Below, piece after piece: positions 22,444 to 36,600 of a stretch of 64,000 bases of DNA. Location of the stretch: positions 16,120,001-16,184,000 of the forward strand of contig CM060731.1 in assembly GCA_030704615.1 (NCBI GenBank), given 5' to 3'. The notes beneath the pieces are model-generated. The model made no database searches, had not been told where the DNA came from, and saw only the letters and a program-made list of their open reading frames with translations. Numbering within the stretch: the stretch's first letter is position 1; the number at the start of each line of letters is the position of its first letter. This stretch comes from Takakia lepidozioides. Its lineage: Eukaryota > Plantae > Bryophyta. The translations under genes and the position numbers were made by a program.

Positions 22444-25400
22444 ATGCAGTTAGGGGCGCTGTCCAACACAGCAGCGGGTACTAAGTTGTGGTCAGGTCAG
22501 CGGGAAGGCAGCGGCAGCAGCAGCAACAGCGGTAAAAAAGTGCTAACTGCTGCATGGGGGCGGCAGAAAAGATTTAGACACTTGGGCGCACGTTTTTCTT
22601 CGGGGTTTTCGGGCTCGGGATGGGAGTTGAAACGGGTTTGGGCGCATGGAGGCCCCACCCTCATAAGCGTTTTTCTTCTTGTATCCGAGAACAATCTGCT
22701 GGTCTCTCTCTTTAATAATCTTCCTGAGCACTGCTTTCTTTTTTCAAGATTTTCACAAGTCTTACAGTCCTCAATACCGTATAACTTCAGATGGGATGTT
22801 TCGCAATTCAGCTCAGGGAAAGGCATGCAAGCTTTCAATGCTGGTTGCCTTTATCCAGGCAACCGCATGGTCTCTTCTGAGCTCTGTGGACTCTGGCTTG
22901 AAGCCAAGGATCCCTCCTCCTGCCAATTGCACCAACCTCACTGCTCACCATCTTTTTATTCGCCCCCAAAGTCATCACATTGTAACATTTTCTCTGATGT
23001 GGTCGCGTCCCCTGGTTTCCGAAGATCCAGACTCTTCGTGTAGGCTTCGATCGGCCTGTTTCCTCTTTCCGTCAGTTTAGACTTCATGTCTTTCCTCTGC
23101 AAGCTCTGCCTTCAAGTGAACCTTGCACAATCGGTGTGCCGGGTTTGGGATCTGGAAATTCTGCGTAGGATTGATCCCGTACTTCGCTTGGGTCAGGCTG
23201 TGCAGACACACTCGTGCTGCTGAATGGGTCCAAGTCGTCAGAGAACAAGGTCACCTTGCGAATGGTCTGGGGTTCAAAACCACATAGGTGTGAGTTGGAT
23301 ATCGTCGGAGGGTCATGGGATCAACCGGTCACCTATTGCGTCAGTACCTTGGGGGTTTTGGAGTTCTTGGGGGAAATGTTGGGGTTCCAAATGGAAGGGA
23401 GGGAGTGCTCACTGAGTGACACATTTCCAGGAGTCGCCCTTTTTCTTTATCTGAGGGTCTAGACAATTCTGCGAATGAAGGCCAGCTGCAAGTCGATCGA
23501 CTTTCCTCACTGGATTGTTTCTGATTCACTTGGCTTTATTGTGGAAAAGGCTGTTGAGCACTTTACAGGGGGAACAAAATCTTATGGCCAATGTTTGGGT
23601 TCCAAGTATGGCCAGGTTTCCTGGGCATTAAACTCTAAATCCAGCACTCAAGTAGTTGCGCATTGTTTCTCAGTAGATGGGGGGTGTCGCTATCATGAGC
23701 ATTCCGCTCATGCATCCTTCTGGCGTATTCAGTGATGCTTAACGTCTTTATTTGGCCAGTGGGTCTGTCATCATTTGCTACTTTCAAAGACTTTGAAGGT
23801 GTCTTGGGCAATTCATCATACGTTTGCGTAGAAATACATGCCTGTTGCACCACTTCTTGATATCTTTGTGAAGACAGGCCTGTGAAGGGGACTTCAAATA
23901 AATGTGTGTACTTGGGTAGCTAGCCTTGTCCAACTGCCATATTAATTCTTGCACAGCAGCTGCATCTGCAGTATATTTATTGAGGTAACAGGATTTGCTT
24001 TTTCTGTGCTACATGCATTCAAATACTTCAGAGTTTCTTAGGAATCAAATTGTTTGGTGGATATGTCTGATAGATGGTGAAGTGGAAGAAATGGTGACGC
24101 CCAAAAATTCCATATCTTGGTCCCGAGGATCAGTTCTGCCTGCTGTAGGAGTTGCATGCCTGGGGGCTATTCTATTTGGCTATCATCTTGGGTATGTGAA
24201 TCTCTGACCGTTTTTGTGAGTTGGGTAGCAAAAGTGGCATCTGATTTGGTCCTGCATTACTTCCTATTCCTACCCCATAGCAAGGATAGATCCCAAAGTT
24301 AGCTTTGTCACATGTCTTTGGACAGTATTGAGGATGAAGAAGTCCTCACTGAGATGGATTTCTTACTTTTGGCATGCAGAGTGGTGAATGGGGCACTCGA
24401 ACACATTGCTTTAGAGCTGGGTTTTGCTGGAAGTCCTGTTCTTCAAGGTACCCAACACCAGTCTGTGGCCTTCTGCCTCTTTGTAAGTTCAATTTGAGAT
24501 CCAACCATGAGTCTTTCTCATGCCACTACAGGATTCCTGTAGCATCAAATACCCATGAGCAACCTCGACCATTTTGAATCCTCGCCTCAACATGGTTATC
24601 CTTCAGGACGTCCACCAGCATGTACCCAAACTCGTCATCCCCAACGTACACAAACACCAATAAAAACAGGGAGGGGCCTGCTGTAAAACTTGTGGGGCAT
24701 GTATCCCTGTCGTGTCAGATTTTCAACCTACAACCAGGCCGGCTCAGGAAATCCCACCAGACACATATCACTCTGAGCTCTATTTACAGCAAATGAGTAC
24801 ATAGTCTTACCAACTACCCATACTAACTATCCCTTGCACGTTTTATAGAGGGAGGCTGGTGGAGCAACATCTGTGGGAACACATCTAAAATGTATCCTTT
24901 GCACGTGTTGCTTCACCTGTTGCAGGCTGGCCAAGCAACACTACATTACAAGAGTATGGCACAGTGTGTTTGCTCTTCAATGCACCTTGACAATTGGTGC
25001 ACTGTGTGTAGGATGGGTGGTGAGTTCATTATTGGCTGGCGCAACAGTGGGGTCGTTCACAGGGGGTTCTTTGGCGGACAAAATAGGCTGCCGCCGCACC
25101 TTTCAGCTGAATGCCCTTCCTCTTATTGTTGGCACCCTTGTCAGGTTTGTTGCACCTGGAATCTTCTCTGAAAGGCTGTATCCAAATGACATCCACCCAA
25201 TCTCAAGATATTGCCCCAAAGTTGGAAATCTTGGTCACATCTATATTGCCCCTCTTGACATGATAAGCTTGGTTCTGTGTAGGCCTCCAATGTTTCCCAA
25301 CAGATTCTCAACGTCTCAAGAGAGGCTACCTTCGCTCCATGGTTGTAGTGGAGGTTGCTCCTCACAGCCACGTTGAAAAATTTGAGTAGAGACATTTGTT

Positions 25401-28400
25401 GATGTGTGTTTCCTCTGGCAAACTGCTTGCAAGGTTTGTGACCAAAGGATGAAAATGTGGTATGCTTGGTTGGCGCAGTGCAACATCAAGTGGTTTCGAG
25501 AGTATGATAATAGGACGGATCTTGGCGGGGATCGGTATTGGAATTTCATCTGGCGTAGTGCCCCTGTACATATCAGAGGTAAGGCTTTGTTCTCGTCTCC
25601 TCCCCAACTTTCACTACTGTCTACGAGAGCAGTGTTACAAAATGGTTTTGTTGCATGGTTTAACCTCTATCATAGAGCCATACACAGTCAGTAACTTTAT
25701 GCTTGAGATCAATGCTGCTCAGTAATCCCTGAGCTTTTTAAGTAGTTAACCACATCATAGTAAATTATGAAGAGAACCATGTGACACCCTATGGTACCTT
25801 GCAAAGTTGCTTGGGATATTTGTTGCTGCACTTCATATCCATGACATTGGAGCACAAGGCTGAGAAAGGGAGCACTGGGGTGGCAATGGCAGGTGTCTCC
25901 TACAGAGATCCGTGGTACACTGGGAACAGCGAACCAACTTTCCATCTGTGTGGGCATTCTGATGGCTCTTATTGTGGGGCTTCCCCTGAGTGGCAACCCT
26001 GCCTGGTACTGACTGGACACTGATTTGTTTGTGGACAGATGAAATATTCGAAGAACGTGTGCAGCATGATTTCTTTCTGTATTCTAGTCTTTCTTGTCTT
26101 GAAGGTGAAGGGTTTCTTTAGGCCTTCCAGTCATATAGAGGCAGTTGACATTTGGTCCAGTTAGTTGGAAGGCATAGTATCTGTAATGGGCATTTGTGGT
26201 GGCCAAAATGGTCCTTTGAGTGAGTGCAAGGTAGACAATACTGGTGCTGGGTAAATGGTTGGTACATTGTTTCGCAAATTGAACATGTATTCAATCAAAG
26301 TTAATTGGATGCCACTGTGAGACGTTGCCTTGTATGGAAATGGACGTCAGATTCTTTCTTTGGGGTGATAAAACAGGTGGCGTAGCATGTTTGCATTGGC
26401 TGCAGTGCCAGCTGTCCTCCTTTGTTTGGGCATGGCATACACTCCAGAAAGCCCACGTTGGCTATGCAAGGTTAACTTCCATCCATATAAAATGCATCTT
26501 GATTGTCTGTATCTTGCTGTTTTTGCAACAGGGTGACTATGCAGAGTTGGAATGTTGAACAACTCCAAACAGAGAATTGAGTCTAGAACAACAATTGTTG
26601 TGTAATGTAACTAGCACAACAAATGATTCAACGGAATGATGCTGGAGTGTGCAGCAAGGGAGGATAGCAGAGGCAGAGACAGCGGCAAGACAACTGTGGG
26701 GCAAGGCGAAGTTTGAGGTGGCCTTGGCAGATCTTAAGGCTAGCAGCTCTGACTCTGTCGAAGAGGATGCAAATTGGAGGGACCTTTTCAGCAAGCGCTA
26801 TTGGAAAGGTATCAAGACGGTGTCGGTGTATTCTGTTTGGATTTTACTACAGCAAAACTGTCTGCTGCAATGCACCAAGAAGGAATCCTACAATTCACTT
26901 TTAGAATTGCTAACGTGGACAGACGGAGGGTGGGCACCTTGGTCTTAAGGAAATTTATGCTACATTTACAAGTGCCTTCTATCCTAGACTAAGGATATAT
27001 GGTCTGGGGGTTGCTGGGTCTTGGACTTGGGGATGTGCCCTGCAGCTGTATGCATCAGTTCAGAAACAGTACGAACATAAACATCGAGAACAGTTGACCC
27101 CTGATGTCTTGTTTTGTGTGACAGTGGTAAGTGTGGGGACAACACTGTTTCTTTTCCAGCAGTTTGCTGGTATCAATGCCGTGGTGTACTTCTCCACCAA
27201 TGTGTTTCATGCAGCGGGCATTGCTTCGGATATTGCAGCTAGTGCCCTCGTTGGGGTTGCCAATGTTGTTGGTATTCTATCTCTCTACCTAATTTTGGGG
27301 CTTCCACAGCTATGACTAAATACGTTAAATGAGAATGTTCACACCCTTCAAGATGTTGGTGCAACCCCCAATTACTAAATCCCACAAGCAACCTAGAAAT
27401 TTTTGTCAAGATATTCAGGTGGAATCAGCATGATACTTGGCCACAATATAAAATAACCAAAGAAAAGCCAGCACATTAATCAAAATAGCCGTGTGTTGGT
27501 GATTAGAAGTTATTCACTTGATGAGTGGATCATAACTTCGAGAAGGGAAGGATAGCTCCTTACTTATGCTTTTTCTTATTACAGTAAAGGAACTGTCTCC
27601 GAATTCTCCTAGTTACTGATCAACCATTGTCTAGCTAACTTCACTACTCAAAATAGCTAAAGGGTCCCATATATAGAGACACTTCTGGCAAGTAAATATT
27701 CCTGGTACTAAGCTGCAGTTTTTTCTGACGACGTTTGGTTTTCCCTGTTACAGTCAATTTCTTTCTCCTGGAATGTAAGAAAATCATTTGAGTGTCCGCT
27801 GTGGGGCATTGCTAAGTTCACGCAGGAAAATCCTTGTCCCAGGGATACAAATAATGTCTTGGCAATCTCATTGTAAAGCTGGTTGTTTGGCGATGGTGGT
27901 TGATGTGGGACAGGCACAGTGGTGGCATCATCACTAATGGACAAGCAGGGACGCAAGAAACTCCTCATTACCAGCTTCTATGGAATGGTATGGCCTACAT
28001 GAATCACACCAGCGTTTGAGTTTGCTATTGAGTTAGCAATACAATTTTCCTGCTCCATTTTTCTGCCCGTCTTCATGATTGATGGAGTCAGAGCTGCATG
28101 TTCATCTCTATGGGAAGTGCTGATGGTTAACCTACTAAAATTGAATGCTGTAATCAGCTGTCATCGATTTAACTAGTGGGAAAGGGATAATGCAGGCAGT
28201 TTCGATGCTGGTGCTGTCACTGGCTCTTTCATGGCGGGCTTTAGAGGCTTTCTCAGGCATCTTGGCAGTGCTCGGAACTGTCTCGTAAGTTTTTGTCAAG
28301 GTTCCTGTTCAAAGTCTTGGCTTAGCATGTTTACGCAATAGCAAAAGTGGTCACTGATAGGTCACTGATACAGTGGACAAGTCTACTAACAGGCAGCTAG

Positions 28401-29799
28401 TCAGATGAGTCTGATTCGGGCCAGTATATGTAGGCCAACTGGGATGCCAATTTTCACTGCTTTGCCAGCCGGTACATGCAGCTAGTCTGTGATTGCATAG
28501 GCATGGGGGAAAAATGGCAAAGCCTTTGGCTTGGCTGGTATGTGAAGGGCTTGACATGGTCAAGTGTATTGAAGCTTTGCTGGAACTCAGTGCTGTTATC
28601 ATGTGAAGGAGAAAAGATGATTTGAGCCTGCAGAGTCAAGTTCAGTTTTCCGTCTAGTGTCTTGGATTAACGTTGGGAGGTCCCTGGGATGTCTTACGTG
28701 ACCTGCCAAAAGAAACTAGAGCGTTAAATTATCAAGTAAATGAGTCAGCACTTTTGAAAGGGGGAGAATTGAAGCCACTGATGGAATGAATTAGGTGATC
28801 ATGCTGCCTTGCGACATGCTTTGCGAATGACATTAGTTTCCTACTGGCAAGTCAACATCTAGCTCATTTTGTTGCTCCTTCAGATTTGACATACTGACAA
28901 ACAAGACAAACAAGTCCTACGCTTTGGACTTGCCAGCTCAGCAGTGCTGCTTTATAGCTAGTTTGCCTAGTTTGCAGGGCTGAATGGATGCTGGGTGCAT
29001 GACATTTGTAATTTAACATTTTGCAATGTAACAGAACTCATGAGCATCCCCTCAACCTGCCACCAAGTGTATAATCATTCTGGATACAATGTTTGCCTTG
29101 CTAGCCACCATAGAAGTACAGCTCATACATGCTACTTTCATTCGGAGTTATTGCTTAACCTAATTGACCTGTAAGCAGGCAGTGGAAAAACTTTTGTAGA
29201 AACTTGAATTATTTCAGATGAAATTGGTTAGAATACAGGTTCATGAGCTGATGGGTGTTGATCATGTGGTACAGATATGTGCTGGCATTTTCTCTTGGTG
29301 CTGGGCCAGTACCAGCTCTTTTGTTGCCTGAGATTTTTCCCTCTCGAATTCGCGCCAAGGCCATTGCTCTCTCTCTTGGAGTACACTGGGTACTTTCTCA
29401 ACAAATGCCATATGTGTATTTTGCAGTGATTATACAATTCATTGCTGGGGCCTTCAGAGTAAGAATTTTGCGGCTTGGTCAGTCTAGTGCTGTCACTGAG
29501 CCAACGTCCTCAGCCATGGGTTTTACCTGTATGGACCTTAGGAACAGGGATAAATGATAATGGGTATGTGTTGCATATTGCACTACGTTGTTAACAGGGT
29601 GGGGTGGTGCTTGCAGGTTTGCAACTTTGTGATAGGACTGTTCTTTCTAAGTGTAGTCAAGAAGTTTGGAGTGAGCACAGTGTACCTGGGGTTTGCTGTT
29701 GTAAGTACATATGCAGCATACTATGTCTCCAAGAATGTGGTGGAAACCAAAGGCCGTTCGTTGGAAGATATTGAGCAGGAGCTCAGCCCTGCCATATAG
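22444..29799 (+). CDS. pGlcT: Plastidic glucose translocator (MFS sugar porter), multi-exon
   Basis: Ser/Gly/Arg-rich transit-peptide-like exon from 22444 (its donor and a possible extra exon near 23044-23115 are uncertain), then exons 24074-24191, 24380-24447, 25012-25144, 25479-25578, 25893-26005, 26377-26470, 26655-26808, 27125-27271, 27914-27987, 28196-28284, 29275-29389 and 29617-29799. Motifs: VGVACLGAILFGYHLG, VPLYISE, PESPRWL, QQFAGINAVVYFS, GAGPVPALLLPEIF, VETKGRSLEDIE. Confidence 0.95.
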
Positions 29800-30134
29800 T
29801 AGCATCTGTGAAAAGCATGCAAGGCCTTGCAAGGTTTTCCCAAATCAGTACACGCCGAGGGTCATTGATTAGCCATCTCCAATGGTCATGTTCCTGCCAT
29901 TACAACGAGGGAGTCTGCGTACGTAATTGGAACAGCATATTTTCAGTTGTACGCTAGATTGTATGATAAGAACAGCTTGGACGTCTTGAAATTGGGTTGA
30001 TTGGATGGAAAGAATATCCCGATGTTCCAGGTTTTGAAGGCATGACTCGGCAGGAGACACATGGTCATGATTGAAGATGGCATGCACTATGGCTGCCAAT
30101 ATTTTCAAGCGAGAGTAGAATGTTCAAGAGCTGT

Positions 30135-30314
30135 TGACAAGCAAGTTGTAGTCCAGTGGTAATGGGCACACACCACCTCGGAAGTGGTTGTGGGTTCAAT
30201 CGACCAATTGCTGTCACAAAGGTGTCCACCTTCCAGCCAGAAGGCAGTAGCCTTGAGGGTAAAGAGACACCATAATTTACGCTTCCTTGGGGAGGCGTCA
30301 TCTATATATATATC
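30135..30314 (+). mobile_element. tRNA-derived SINE, copy C
   Basis: A box TAGTCCAGTGG, B box GGTTCAATCG, 3' hairpin ACGCTTCC-TTGG-GGAGGCGT and (TA)n tail. 10-bp TSD CAAGAGCTGT at 30125-30134 and 30315-30324. Confidence 0.88.
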
Positions 30315-31454
30315 CAAGAGCTGTAGCTCCTCATTTTGGATGCAGGCCCCTTGGCAACCATAGAATTGCACGACTGTCTAGCAAAGTCTTATTTTTATGG
30401 GTTGTTGAGGGCGAGAAGGGTTTTTTGGGAGACTTTTCTGGAGCCACTTGTATACTGCGATACAAATACTCCTGGTGTTATTTAGAATGTGAGCTGGTTT
30501 TTAGGGGAGTGTTTTTCTTGACATCAGGCTGGTGTGGTAGAGAAACAACTTCAGGCTTGGAGTTAGAGCAGAAGTGTGGGGCCCTGTAAATACTTGCAGT
30601 GTCCTTGCATCTCTTGAATTGCAAGTACATGAGTCGATTTTGGACGGTGTTCACTAATCATCCCTCTTTTGACCTTGTGTTGAGGAGTCAGAGGTGGCCT
30701 TGCCAGATGAGTTGCTTCCTTGTTTTGATGCTCTGGCTTATGTTGGAGTGGTCAGCTGATCAGCTGGGAGCACTATTGGTCCATGGTTCTAGATTGTTAG
30801 GTCAATACATGTAATACTCCTGCTGGAAGAACTGATATTCAAACTCATGGACATGTATGTGACTCCACTGAAAGGTAAAAGCAGAGTCCAGATTGCATAA
30901 CGTCATCACTTCTCTCTGACCACAATGCTTCCTGCAACTTCCTCTTTGCAGTTTCAATCCCCCATTAGATGAAGTCTGTGTATTAAAGTTGGTGGTTAAG
31001 TGTGCCTCAGCACCAGAAATCTCTACCATCAACCTAAACCAAGGAAGAATTTGCTGAAGATGGGCATTAAAACACCTTTAATTAGGTGAGGGGTGTAGTG
31101 CCATTACAGTGCACCTTGGCAGGCTGGGTCCACATAACAAGGTGCTTCTGCTGTTTATGCACCAGTTTACTAAAACTTTCTACTTCCACCTTCTGTACCT
31201 AAATCCGCTGGACAATCCTCCGGACAACTCACAACCCTCCTAAAATCAGAAGTCAACTATCAGACTTTTAGACAGAAACAGCACAAATGAGCAGAACATG
31301 CACAATCAAAGATCGCAGGGAGTACAAAGCTGGGGAACTTTGGCCCTGGTGCAACAGCAAAACATGCAACTGCAAAATTACCAGTGTGTTTCCTGCTTTC
31401 GTCAGAGTAAGTGCTGTGGAGATAGCTCACAGCTCATTTCTCTTCCCATCATTG

Positions 31455-31509
31455 TAATTTATGGCCATCACAGCTACAAGGCCACGGCAAACATGGTCTT
31501 ATGAGTAAA
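31455..31509 (+). mobile_element. 55-bp extreme 5'-truncated insertion of the RTEX-like LINE 3' tail
   Basis: ATGGCCA...CAAGGCCACGGCAAACATGGTCTTATGAGTA matches the LINE terminus. 17-bp TSD TTCTCTTCC(C/T)ATCATTG at 31438-31454 and 31510-31526. Confidence 0.85.
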
Positions 31510-32036
31510 TTCTCTTCCTATCATTGGTATTACAACTTTTGTGGCTTTCTCCACAGGCGTTAATTGCAGATATGTCAAGAACCACAACAATACATCCCCT
31601 AGTGCTAGTTTATGGATAGCTTTTCCTCAGTCTCCTGGAAGAATTTGCACCAGGAACTAGGGAAACCTCCCTTACATTTGCCATTAAGCAGAATAAATAA
31701 CAAATGACAGTACTCATACAAAATGAATTTTAGATAACAAGGACACTTCAACATGTCATACAAGCCCGTGGAGCTTCCTTTTCACCACTCAGGCAATTAC
31801 AGCCAAGTAGCACCTATTAAACAATTTACAATACAATCTGGCACTAATCCCACTTGTAGCCCACTAGAGGACCCATAAAAAGAGCTCCTGGCAACTCTGC
31901 CTCATCTATTCCTCTGCGCCAGATCAAAAGTTCTGGTTAAATTGACCACATTATCCTGCTGACACATCTGGTCAAATCAACTACTGGCCGACAGTGATCC
32001 TTTAAAAGAGAAAGGTAAGATAGATGACCTTCGCAG

Positions 32037-33679
32037 CTAATAGCTCACGGGAGACATTTTCAATTTCTGGTCCGGAATTTGATCGCGTGAGTCTCTTCGC
32101 AAAGCATCTGGCAAGGAAGTGTAGTGGAATATTCTCTCCAGTAACACGGCATCAACGTCATATCGTTCTGCGAGAGACTTGGTGTCGACAGGCTTGTCAT
32201 GACCTTCACGTTCACTCTGGTACTCAAGGAAAAGTTGACGGACCCCCGCAACATTTAGAGTACCCGGAGCTACCACAGTTTCTTCATCTGGACCAGTCGC
32301 AGCCGAAGTGTGCCGATTCATGGGCTTTGGACGACTCAACTCTGCACTAACATGCACCTACAGAGCCAGAGAGATGTAACGACAAGGATCAAAATCTGGG
32401 CTACATCACATAGTTTACTAAATTTTCGTTTGGGTCATGCCTGTTTATATAGGGAAGCGTGGTACAACATGAGGACCGGCCCAACGCTGGTCTATCCATA
32501 GAAAGCACTTTCATGCATTTCAAAGCCTGTGAAAATTCTGACCATGTGTTCATAATACTTATCCTCCAGCATACACACATACTAAAGTGACCTGGTGTAT
32601 TCTCCCTTCAATCACGTGCTGGCAAACTGCCCCTCTCACTATCATTATGGCAGGCGCCTGTGGCGGGCCGAAATATCTGCACTCTGAAACAAAACCTTGG
32701 CCTAACCCACACATCAACCATACCTTACCTCTGTGCTCTACGCTCACCACCATTAGATCCCTCACCACACTCATCCTCAACAAATGCAAGATAGAAAGTG
32801 GGCAAGCTGTATAGGCAGACCCCCACGTCGTTTATATATCTATATTAAAGAGCCCGCCCCTGAAAGGGGGCCGTACCCGCAAGGGGAAGAGGCTCTTATG
32901 TATGCAAACTGCGGTTGGCATGGTCTCTCTCTCTCTCCCTCTTCAATCATCAAGGGAAAACTTTTAACCAGCACACCAGTCAGGGTTGGTATTGTAAGGC
33001 TGCTACCAGAGTGCAAGTCCCAGTACAGCTGACCTTGCTGAGTGCGTGGGAAACCAAGGCCGCAGCTCTATGCCAACTATGTGGAGAAGGCATTCAAGGA
33101 GGAAAGAGGCATACATCTCCCATTTCTGTTTTGTCACCAGGTCGGGTGCTGATCTTGCCCACCACCTGCTGTACCATGGCTGCATACTTTGGATCACGGC
33201 GGTCCCACTCCCCCATATTCTGACCTGGCTCTATTATCATTTCTACAAAGTCATACACCATGAAAGTCGTCTATTAGAATGGAATCATAATACCCTTCAG
33301 ATAAAGAGGCCCTTGGAGAGTTGTAAGGATACAGGACTAGTCTTATTCAACTTCTTTCTTAGGCGAATTTTCAGTCCTTTACTTTAACCACCTGACTATC
33401 TGAACCCTGAGTCACTGAGCCGACGGAGAGCGAAGATTTCTGATGTCTATTTCCCCTTCAACTTTGACAACTTCATTTTTTCCCAGATCCTCAACACATC
33501 TGGAAATTTTGTTCCAAGAGGCCTGACGACAGTACTTCAGGGCACTATAACTCACGGGGCTCTGGAGTTTGTGGCCTGATTTCAACTGATTGCCGAACGG
33601 GTGCAGGCGGGGCTGCATGCGGTCGCGATGAGGGCGGTGGGCGTACTGATGCGGTCGCTTTGCGCAATGCCTGGCCCAT
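32037..33679 (-). CDS. NDUFAF4-like mitochondrial complex I assembly factor (plant type), 3 exons
   Basis: Exons 33679-33556, 33218-33115 and 32357-32037 join in frame: MGQALRKATASVRPP...RRDPKYAAMVQQVVGKISTRPGDKTEMGD...VAPGTLNVAGVRQLFL...SLAERYDVD...YTSLP. This matches the plant MGQxLR / RDPxY / PGTLNV family. Confidence 0.85.
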
Positions 33680-36600
33680 ATCTCCTACCCTTCTCCTCCG
33701 CCTCGTCTCCTACCTCTAGCCCTTTTCCTCCCTTTGCACCTCTCACTGTTAAACGGAAATCAGCTTCTCGGTCGAAGCTCCTGCCTTCAATCTGTGCTTT
33801 CTTTACCCACCTGTGCAGGAGAAACCCCTTCATGTCTGACCCATCCCATTTTCCCACCAATCCTTAATTTCTTCGCTGCTGCAACATGAAATGCCCATGT
33901 AAGTTGCAAAAAACGTGTAACACATGCGTGCCACCTGCGGAAGGCTGCGATCACGGAGCTCGATGCGAGTGACTCGAGCCACAGCGAGATTACAACCTTA
34001 TACTCTCCACCCTAGCCCTAGCCTTTCTTGGGTGGATGCGTCGATCCACATAAACAGGCGTCCACAACTGTGAGGTTGAAGGTTGAGCACCTGTTACCCA
34101 GAACGCTGTGTTTCGGGAGCGCTGGTGCTGTTGTGTTGACACCTGGAGAAGCTTCCATCAGAGAAACCCACATTCTTCTTTCCTCGCAAACCTACAAAGG
34201 ACTCTTTACGGCCAAAGCAGGCAGAAACAACGGTGCCACTGTGCCTACGAACTGTGCACATGAATGGCAGCCATGACTACTTCGATACAAGCAAAAACTA
34301 TCGCCAACAATCCAGATGGTGCTGATAAAACTCACCATCGGACACCACCCACCTCATGCAGATTCAAGATTTCGGTGAAGTCCCGCAAACGCAAGCCAGG
34401 TTTTCAGGAGTCACTTCCCCTGTCATACAGTCCATGACTTAAGAGCTGACTGTGGTTATAACCAGAAAATCGAATTCTCAACTCTTCATCACACGACAAC
34501 TCAAACTTATATGACTATACCCGCATGGCAATGACTAGACTTCTAGACTGTTGTAAGGAATGACGTATGAGCTCGGTTCCAGACTAGCGACTGGAAAAAA
34601 CACTAAAATGTGGCTCTCGTCCACCTCTTCGCCTCTTACATAGATGCCCTGTAGCAAGAGCCAGCACTAGCCATTGGACAAGCCTCGCAGCGTTTTCAAA
34701 CCAAAAAGCAACAAGAATGGTGGGTGCACAAAATCAAACCATGTGTATGTCCTTGTTCAGGATTTCTTGTTGAAAGTATCGCACAGAGTCATGGAGCCTT
34801 CAGGAAGAGCTCTCCTTGCAACTCTTGCTCTTTAAATTTTACTGTTTATGTCATGCAGCTTTAAGAAATTTGATTTGTAAATATGTCATGAAGATAAGTC
34901 TTCATGATTCATGGCTTCACACTATAGAGGAGAGGCTGCTATAGAGCAAGGTGGGAGGAGATGGGCCATAATAAAGAGCCGAAGAGCCATCGAGAGAGGC
35001 TTCAATCGGTTTTGTCCACCGGAGAAGATTTGGGCTTGGTACCACCATGGCCCCAACTTGTCATGCTTTGTCCGCTGAGGAAATATAGAGTGATGACAGG
35101 GCATGTTGGGGCGCTGGACAAAGCCAGGTCTGAAAGGGTGTAGTTGACAAGATTAGAACCGCCCTGAGTCAATGCGTCACAACGTCACAGCGTCACAACT
35201 CGTCAGAGTAAGCGCCGGGATAATAAAAGTGTGATTTTTTTCGAGTCTGGATCGCGTTCCTGACCTCTAGATTTTTGTGGGTCTTGTATGAAAACTGCCC
35301 AAGTGTCTGTATCTAGAGATGAAGGAGAGCCAAGGCCAGTGGCCATTGACACTCTCAAGGAAGGAATAAAAGCTGTTGCAAGTACCGTGCAAGGAGGAGG
35401 AGCTCGGAGTGTGGTGGAGCTGCGTTGGAGCGAGGAAAGGCAAGACTGTGCCCAGGCCATGGATCGGTAAGAAACATACCGCATACTTTATGTGGGTGTG
35501 AAGGGTTTGTCTGTAATGTGGTCGTCTGTGGCTACGGACAATCCAGAGATTCATGAGTAGATGGATTGGCCATTTTGGCGTGAAGAGTGAATCTAAACCC
35601 TGACCAGAGCTTTGGTGGTGTAAGATAGTAGAGAAGCGTGGTACTGATAGCTGCCGCAGATTGGGTTATGGCCGTCCAACCTGACGCACAATGCTGCTGT
35701 TTTTCACCTATCCTAGATCATTGACTCTTCTTGTGTACTGACTTCTGGGTATACATTGTGTGCTGGCTCCACTCGCCCTCCCATGATTAGTGGCAAGACG
35801 GCCCAGCGCAGAGATGGTCCTCTTAAGAAAGATGGCAAAAGGGTTCGGCAGCAAAGTTGGAGACGGAGCATCCATGGCAGCCCAAACAGTGGCACCTGGG
35901 TTTAACACTCAGGCCTTCACATGTTCTGGACACGTCTCGGGTGCCCCCCTAAGCCTCCGACACTACGCTGCTTGTAAGCCTGGAACGGGCTGGTAGCTTC
36001 GAGAAAGAGTTGGCTGTACACGCAGTATGCTCTTCGCATTGAGATTTGTTACGAACAGTTTCAAACCAATGCAGGCAGTGGAGACCAGTACAGGAGGACG
36101 AAAGTTATGGACAGGGAAATGGGCAAGAAGGCTACCTGGAGGTGAAAGACAAATCCACGGTGACATTCAGCAGAAGCAAATATCCAAGGCCAAATACACA
36201 AGAAGAAGTAGGGACGATTTTTTCCGAAACCCCAGGCAATGGCGGGACAATGGCGGCAATCAGGTTAATGCCTGTCATTGTAAGGTAGAAGCTGACAAGA
36301 ACATGAATGTTGAAAATTTCTGGCAAAGGACAATCTCTCTCTCTTTCTCTCTTTGCTGTCACCTCTGGCAGTGCATCCACATTCCCATGTCTTACTGTGC
36401 TAGATCCACTGATCTGGGCAATGCCAGCCCCTTAATTTACACTAAATTGCCTGTGACTGGACCATTGTATTCTTGTGCCACATCTCTTGCAAGCTAGATT
36501 GTGAGAGAAGTAGTGCTGGATTGAAGCTTGTGTTTTCTAAGGGGGGATTATAGTGCAGGAGTAAGACCTTGAGGTGAAGTTCAATGACTACATTCACTCC

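Noticed and set aside
22444-23043. Stand-alone 199-aa protein
   Set aside because: Best explained as pGlcT exon 1 reading into intron sequence.
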